DNA from: a virus
Reading direction: 5' to 3' (one strand)
Virus record (IMG/VR): IMGVR_UViG_3300005663_000028
Coordinates: 96,001-160,000 of that record
DNA length: 64,000 bases
A program made the position numbers and the translations under genes. The notes under the pieces are model-generated. The model worked only from the letters and a program-made list of their open reading frames with translations. It made no database searches and was not told the origin of the DNA. This document shows, one piece after another, positions 60,274-64,000 of this stretch (the stretch's first letter is position 1; each line of letters opens with the position of its first letter).

Positions 60274-60431
60274 TTTGAATCTTCCTATTTTTGGTGTCAA
60301 TCATTATACCCACCTTTAGTGCAGGTTATCATGTATTTAGATTTTATACGGATCGCTTCTGGTGGAGTATAACCCACTCCATGTTTGGAACACAGTAAGC
60401 AATTCATCCCCTGGTCAATCTGTTTTATTCT

Positions 60432-61091
60432 CTAGTCAATCATTTTCTCTCTGGTTTCGTAGTAGTCGCATTGTGAGAAATGTTTGTATGGAGATTCACC
60501 CAATGGGCACCAATGTATTATTCCGTTTTCGTCGACAAACATATTGTCGTTCATAGCGTTGTCACACATAGCTACGTCTTGATATTTGCTTGGCACGTTG
60601 TTATCATACGCCCTACCAACTAATACAATGTTCAGACCCAAGTCCCCAGCGAATTGCACAAAAATACGATGCTTATGTTTGAATGATTGTTTTAGTTTTT
60701 CAAAAGCTTCTTGTCCGTATCCATCTTTGGAATGAAATTGTGATTGAGATATTCTAATGGTAATATTTTGAGTATCTAAGCTCAAAATAACACGAACAAA
60801 TTCATCAAGGGTTGCTTTTTGTTTTACGAATACACCATTTGTCATTATGCCTCCCTGATAATGGCCTTGAAAGGTGTTTCTCATTAGATCGCCGTAATTC
60901 GGAATTAAAGATACTTCTCCACCCATTACGGATATATTTGAATCCACTCCTTTAGGTAACCATTCATTTAATTGTTGGGACATCTTTTCCGTCATGTGGG
61001 TCTTATTTGATGGGCCAGACCTGAACATGCAATGATCACACGTCTCGTTGCAAAAGTTCGTTAATCTGATCGTTGTTTCGTGTTTGGACAT
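60432..61091 (-). CDS. short radical SAM protein
   Basis: LTNFCNETCDHC (CxxxCxxC), MGGE, MTNG; C-terminal C...C twitch-like segment. Confidence 0.82.
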   Translation of the reverse strand: MSKHETTIRLTNFCNETCDHCMFRSGPSNKTHMTEKMSQQLNEWLPKGVDSNISVMGGEVSLIPNYGDLMRNTFQGHYQGGIMTNGVFVKQKATLDEFVRVILSLDTQNITIRISQSQFHSKDGYGQEAFEKLKQSFKHKHRIFVQFAGDLGLNIVLVGRAYDNNVPSKYQDVAMCDNAMNDNMFVDENGIIHWCPLGESPYKHFSQCDYYETREKMID

Positions 61092-61136
61092 GTAGTTGAC
61101 TCCGCTAACATTGATTATGTTTGTGGTCCAAACACA

Positions 61137-62572
61137 TTAAATCTCGTTCTCATTTGGGTGATCTATGCAAAAGCAAAGTTCCCATTCTCCTACATGGCTG
61201 GTGGTTGTGTTGCTTTGGTTGTCCCATATACCACAATTATCAATAGAGAGGAACATCGGTGACTCCTCTCCCTTGGATTTCATAAGCGACAACAGAGCTT
61301 CGGCAACTTCTTCTTTCGAAAAACAAAATGTCGTCGACGCCCTACACTCACATTTTCGCAACCCGTGCATTTTACTCGTTGGTGAGCATCTACACTCTTT
61401 TGGTCTGTGTGTTTTCTTCATTTTTAACTCTCCAGTTCTTTCCAGTATTTTTTATCGAGATGATCCCTCATTCCGTTTTCTGAAGGATTGTCTCCATAAA
61501 ACCCCCAACACGAATTCAGGTTTGGACCCTTACCGTCGCAATGTTCATAGGGTGGACCCCGTAGGACAAATCTATATACGTCACCTCTAAGATATTGATC
61601 ATATGTCTCAACTTCACCGATTAGGCACTGACGGGTTTTCCTTCTTATTTCTGTTTTAAGGGTGTTCGTTCCGCCGAACGTTGATTCTGCCATTGCTTTA
61701 GTACAAAATATAAAACCGATTTGACCACTGTCCCACCGACAACCGAATGGGGTTGTTTGGATAGCAAGACCAGAGTGGTTCATCAGGTAAAGGGGTAGGA
61801 TTACCGCAACGTCATTAGACGCTTCGATTACATTTTCCATTTCGTCCCATGAATTATAATCATCATGTTTCAATTCGTGTTCGTCACCAAGATTGAGATT
61901 TTTGTGAAAACAAACCATTTGCCCAATATTATCCCAACTTCTTGGGGATTCGACGTCTTCGTCTGGGTGGATTTCTAACGTGCAGCCGTCTTTGAGTTTT
62001 ATTGTTTTAATCATCATTTTTAGCTCGCCCCTTCCTTCTTTTGCTCTAGGAACTTTTCCAATCGATTTTGAAACTGTTCAACATACATTTTAAGTTCGCC
62101 TAGATCACACTCAAATGACACGGTAATAGATGAACACATGTCCAAATAGACTTCTTCAACGGAGGCTATGTCCGGAGGTATATTGAGATCGAATAATCCT
62201 TCAGATAACACATTTGTGTTTCTGTATCCTTTTACTTGTCCTGCATATGCGTGCCCACCGTCGTACCTTTCTGTTACCTCCTCATCAAATTGTCTGTCGG
62301 ACGTCCAATCTGGTAAACCAAATATCACCTGAACGCATTCAATACTACTTTGGGCCACGATTCCATTCCTTCCATTTTTCGATAAGTGCCATCGCCTCTT
62401 TGTCAGAAAGCCATTGTTTAGACACTCCGTTTTCTGCGGCGAAGTAGAACTGTTTGCCTGTTGTGGATTGTTCGTTTACGGAGACATGGATTATATGGTT
62501 GGTTCTCATACACGGATAATATGGATACCCAAGCCCTTCATCTCTGGTCATAGTAGCGATAATCCACTTCAT
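61137..62572 (-). other. four hypothetical CDS (61137-61421, 61424-62017, 62020-62358, 62345-62572)
   Basis: 61424-62017 carries SPRSWDNIG...LYLMNHSG...WDSGQIGFI, a pattern I recall from mobile elements; function unknown. Confidence 0.55.
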
Positions 62573-62575
62573 ATT

Positions 62576-63235
62576 CTACTTCGCTCCCATTTCATTTGTA
62601 AGCAAATTCAAATCGATTTCTTTATCAAGCTCGCAACCTCTCAGCCACTTGGCGAATTGTGCAACTCTTAATCCCGCTGAAACGTTTGCGCAGTAAATGG
62701 TTGTCTTAGCCGTACACGACCCATTGTAAGTTTCTGCTTGTGGGAAAAATGTTGTGCCGTAGTGCTCTCGTGAAGTGTCATCATAGACGATGAATATTCT
62801 CATATATTCAGCGCTCATCCTGGCATCTATAAATAAGTCTGCTCGTTCTTTTACGGTTTCGAAAATTGATTTTCTGGTGGAAATTTTATCTACACAACAA
62901 AATAGTACACCCCCAGTGAAGTCCATTGATCGGAACTTACGGTTGACGGTAGTTATTTCAATTGCGGGGTTGATAGCAGCACAAATATCCTTGACTGCAT
63001 CTACTTTGAATTTTCCGAGATCGGCTTCGTGATATCCTTGACAAGCAAGATTCTCTACAGAAACTAAATCGAAGTCGATAAGCCGTAGTCGTGGCACTCC
63101 AATAGCTGCCAGTTGAAGTGCCACTTGTCTTCCTCCTGCACCGACACCAACTATTGTGGCTCTAATAGCGGATAGTTTATCTGGTGGTATTAATTCTTTT
63201 TGTCTGATGTCTCTATTTTTTAGCAGATTTTCCAT
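62576..63235 (-). CDS. ThiF/MoeB/E1-like adenylyltransferase
   Basis: IVGVGAGG, LIDFDLVSVENL..Q, KVDA, CCVD, IDARM, GSC; AAGGAG RBS. Confidence 0.88.
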   Translation of the reverse strand: MENLLKNRDIRQKELIPPDKLSAIRATIVGVGAGGRQVALQLAAIGVPRLRLIDFDLVSVENLACQGYHEADLGKFKVDAVKDICAAINPAIEITTVNRKFRSMDFTGGVLFCCVDKISTRKSIFETVKERADLFIDARMSAEYMRIFIVYDDTSREHYGTTFFPQAETYNGSCTAKTTIYCANVSAGLRVAQFAKWLRGCELDKEIDLNLLTNEMGAK

Positions 63236-63279
63236 GGTTTTCTACTCCTTTTGTGTATAATAAGGTTGGAGGAAAGGTT

Positions 63280-63918
63280 ATGAAATATTCGAAAGCCCAA
63301 CAAAGTCGCGTAGATAAGGGGTTGTGCGCTAAATGTGGGGAGCCCACTGATCATACTGTTTATTGTTCCAAATGTACTAGAGTGTGTACTGAATACAATA
63401 GACAGAGAAGGGCCAAGCGACGAGAGTTGGGAATATGTTATACGTGCGGAAACAGTACGGAAAATAATCGTGCGTATTGTCCAGAGTGTCTAAAAAAGGC
63501 TCGTAAATATAGAACTGCTTACAAATTGAAGGCTCCATACGGTGTTTGTGTTATTTGTCGTGTGGAATCATGCCTGCCATCATTAGTAGACGCAACATTA
63601 TATCGGCGAATTTGTCAGAACTGTTATCTTAAAAACGCGTCCTGTTCACAATTAGGGTCGGTTGAATACTGGAAGCAATTGCTTTGTAAACTAGAAGCCC
63701 AACAATTTCGTTGTGTATATTCTGGAGATGAACTTATATTGGGAGTTAACGATTCCATGGATCATATTTATCCAAAATCTAGGTATCCTGACAAAGCCCT
63801 AGACCCATCTAATATCCAATGGGTTACTCGCACAGTCAATATGGCTAAGGGGTGTTTAGATCATGATGAGTTTTTAACCCTAATTCGCCGTATCAACAAC
63901 CGTTTTCCAAAAGACTAA
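63280..63918 (+). mobile_element. free-standing HNH endonuclease with N-terminal zinc-finger repeats, antisense to flanking genes
   Basis: three CxxC...CxxC units; RCVYSG..MDHIYP...NIQWV...N.AKG; own TATAAT (63256-63261) and GGAGG RBS before ATG at 63280. Confidence 0.82.
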
Positions 63919-63983
63919 TCCTCTTCTGTGTTCATGATTAGTTTTCGTTGACGAATATCCCTATCTTCAATAACTGAAGTCAT
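63915..63983 (-). pseudogene. orphaned 22-aa N-terminus of the ThiF gene (MTSVIEDRDIRQRKLIMNTEED)
   Basis: read manually; GGAG RBS; RDIRQ..LI matches the ThiF start MENLLKNRDIRQKELI; stops at the HNH boundary. Confidence 0.8.
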
Positions 63984-64000
63984 ACTTAATCTCCATAAAA

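Noticed and set aside
455-63032. Numerous plus-strand ORFs of 60-160 aa in the ORF track
   Set aside because: They are antisense shadows of well-supported minus-strand genes, with no RBS or motifs. Only 59423-59965 and 63280-63918 were kept.
1-64000. Stop-codon reassignment (common in some large phages)
   Set aside because: Known proteins are full length in the standard code, and TAA, TAG and TGA all end genes at coupled junctions.

Overview
This window looks like a 64-kb internal segment of a large, AT-rich dsDNA phage genome (jumbo-type). Genes are densely packed, translationally coupled, standard-code, and almost all on the minus strand. No capsid or tail genes, tRNAs, rRNAs or CRISPR arrays were recognised. 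Bases 1-16 kb hold glycosyltransferases, a sigma-like factor, SSB, and a ~9.6-kb glycan/methyltransferase cluster lying between two halves of an intein-less split DnaE. Bases 16-45 kb hold replication, recombination and nucleotide genes (DnaE-N, Cas4-like nuclease, dATP/dGTP diphosphohydrolase, DnaG, DnaB, dCMP deaminase, RecA, RNase H, NrdJ, intein-containing ThyX), plus ClpP, a sigma-70, a Xer-like recombinase and an orphan protease-less BrxL. Bases 45-64 kb hold many small ORFs plus peptide deformylase, a histone-fold candidate, an HNH-IMPDH/GMPR fusion, a Ycf46-type AAA+/DUF3150/DUF1257/DUF2997 set, a 51-Cys protein, a radical SAM protein and a ThiF/E1 enzyme. The most striking observation is not in the ORF track. 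At two loci (thiF and guaB-like) an HNH endonuclease gene sits between an orphaned mini-ORF encoding what appears to be the old N-terminus of the target gene and a replacement N-terminus, which at thiF is synonymously recoded. This suggests homing endonucleases that invade gene 5' ends and bring their own substitute start. A five-copy promoter with a non-canonical -35 (GRRRCA-N17-TAYMRT) was also found. All family assignments come from motif recognition by eye; no database searches were run.
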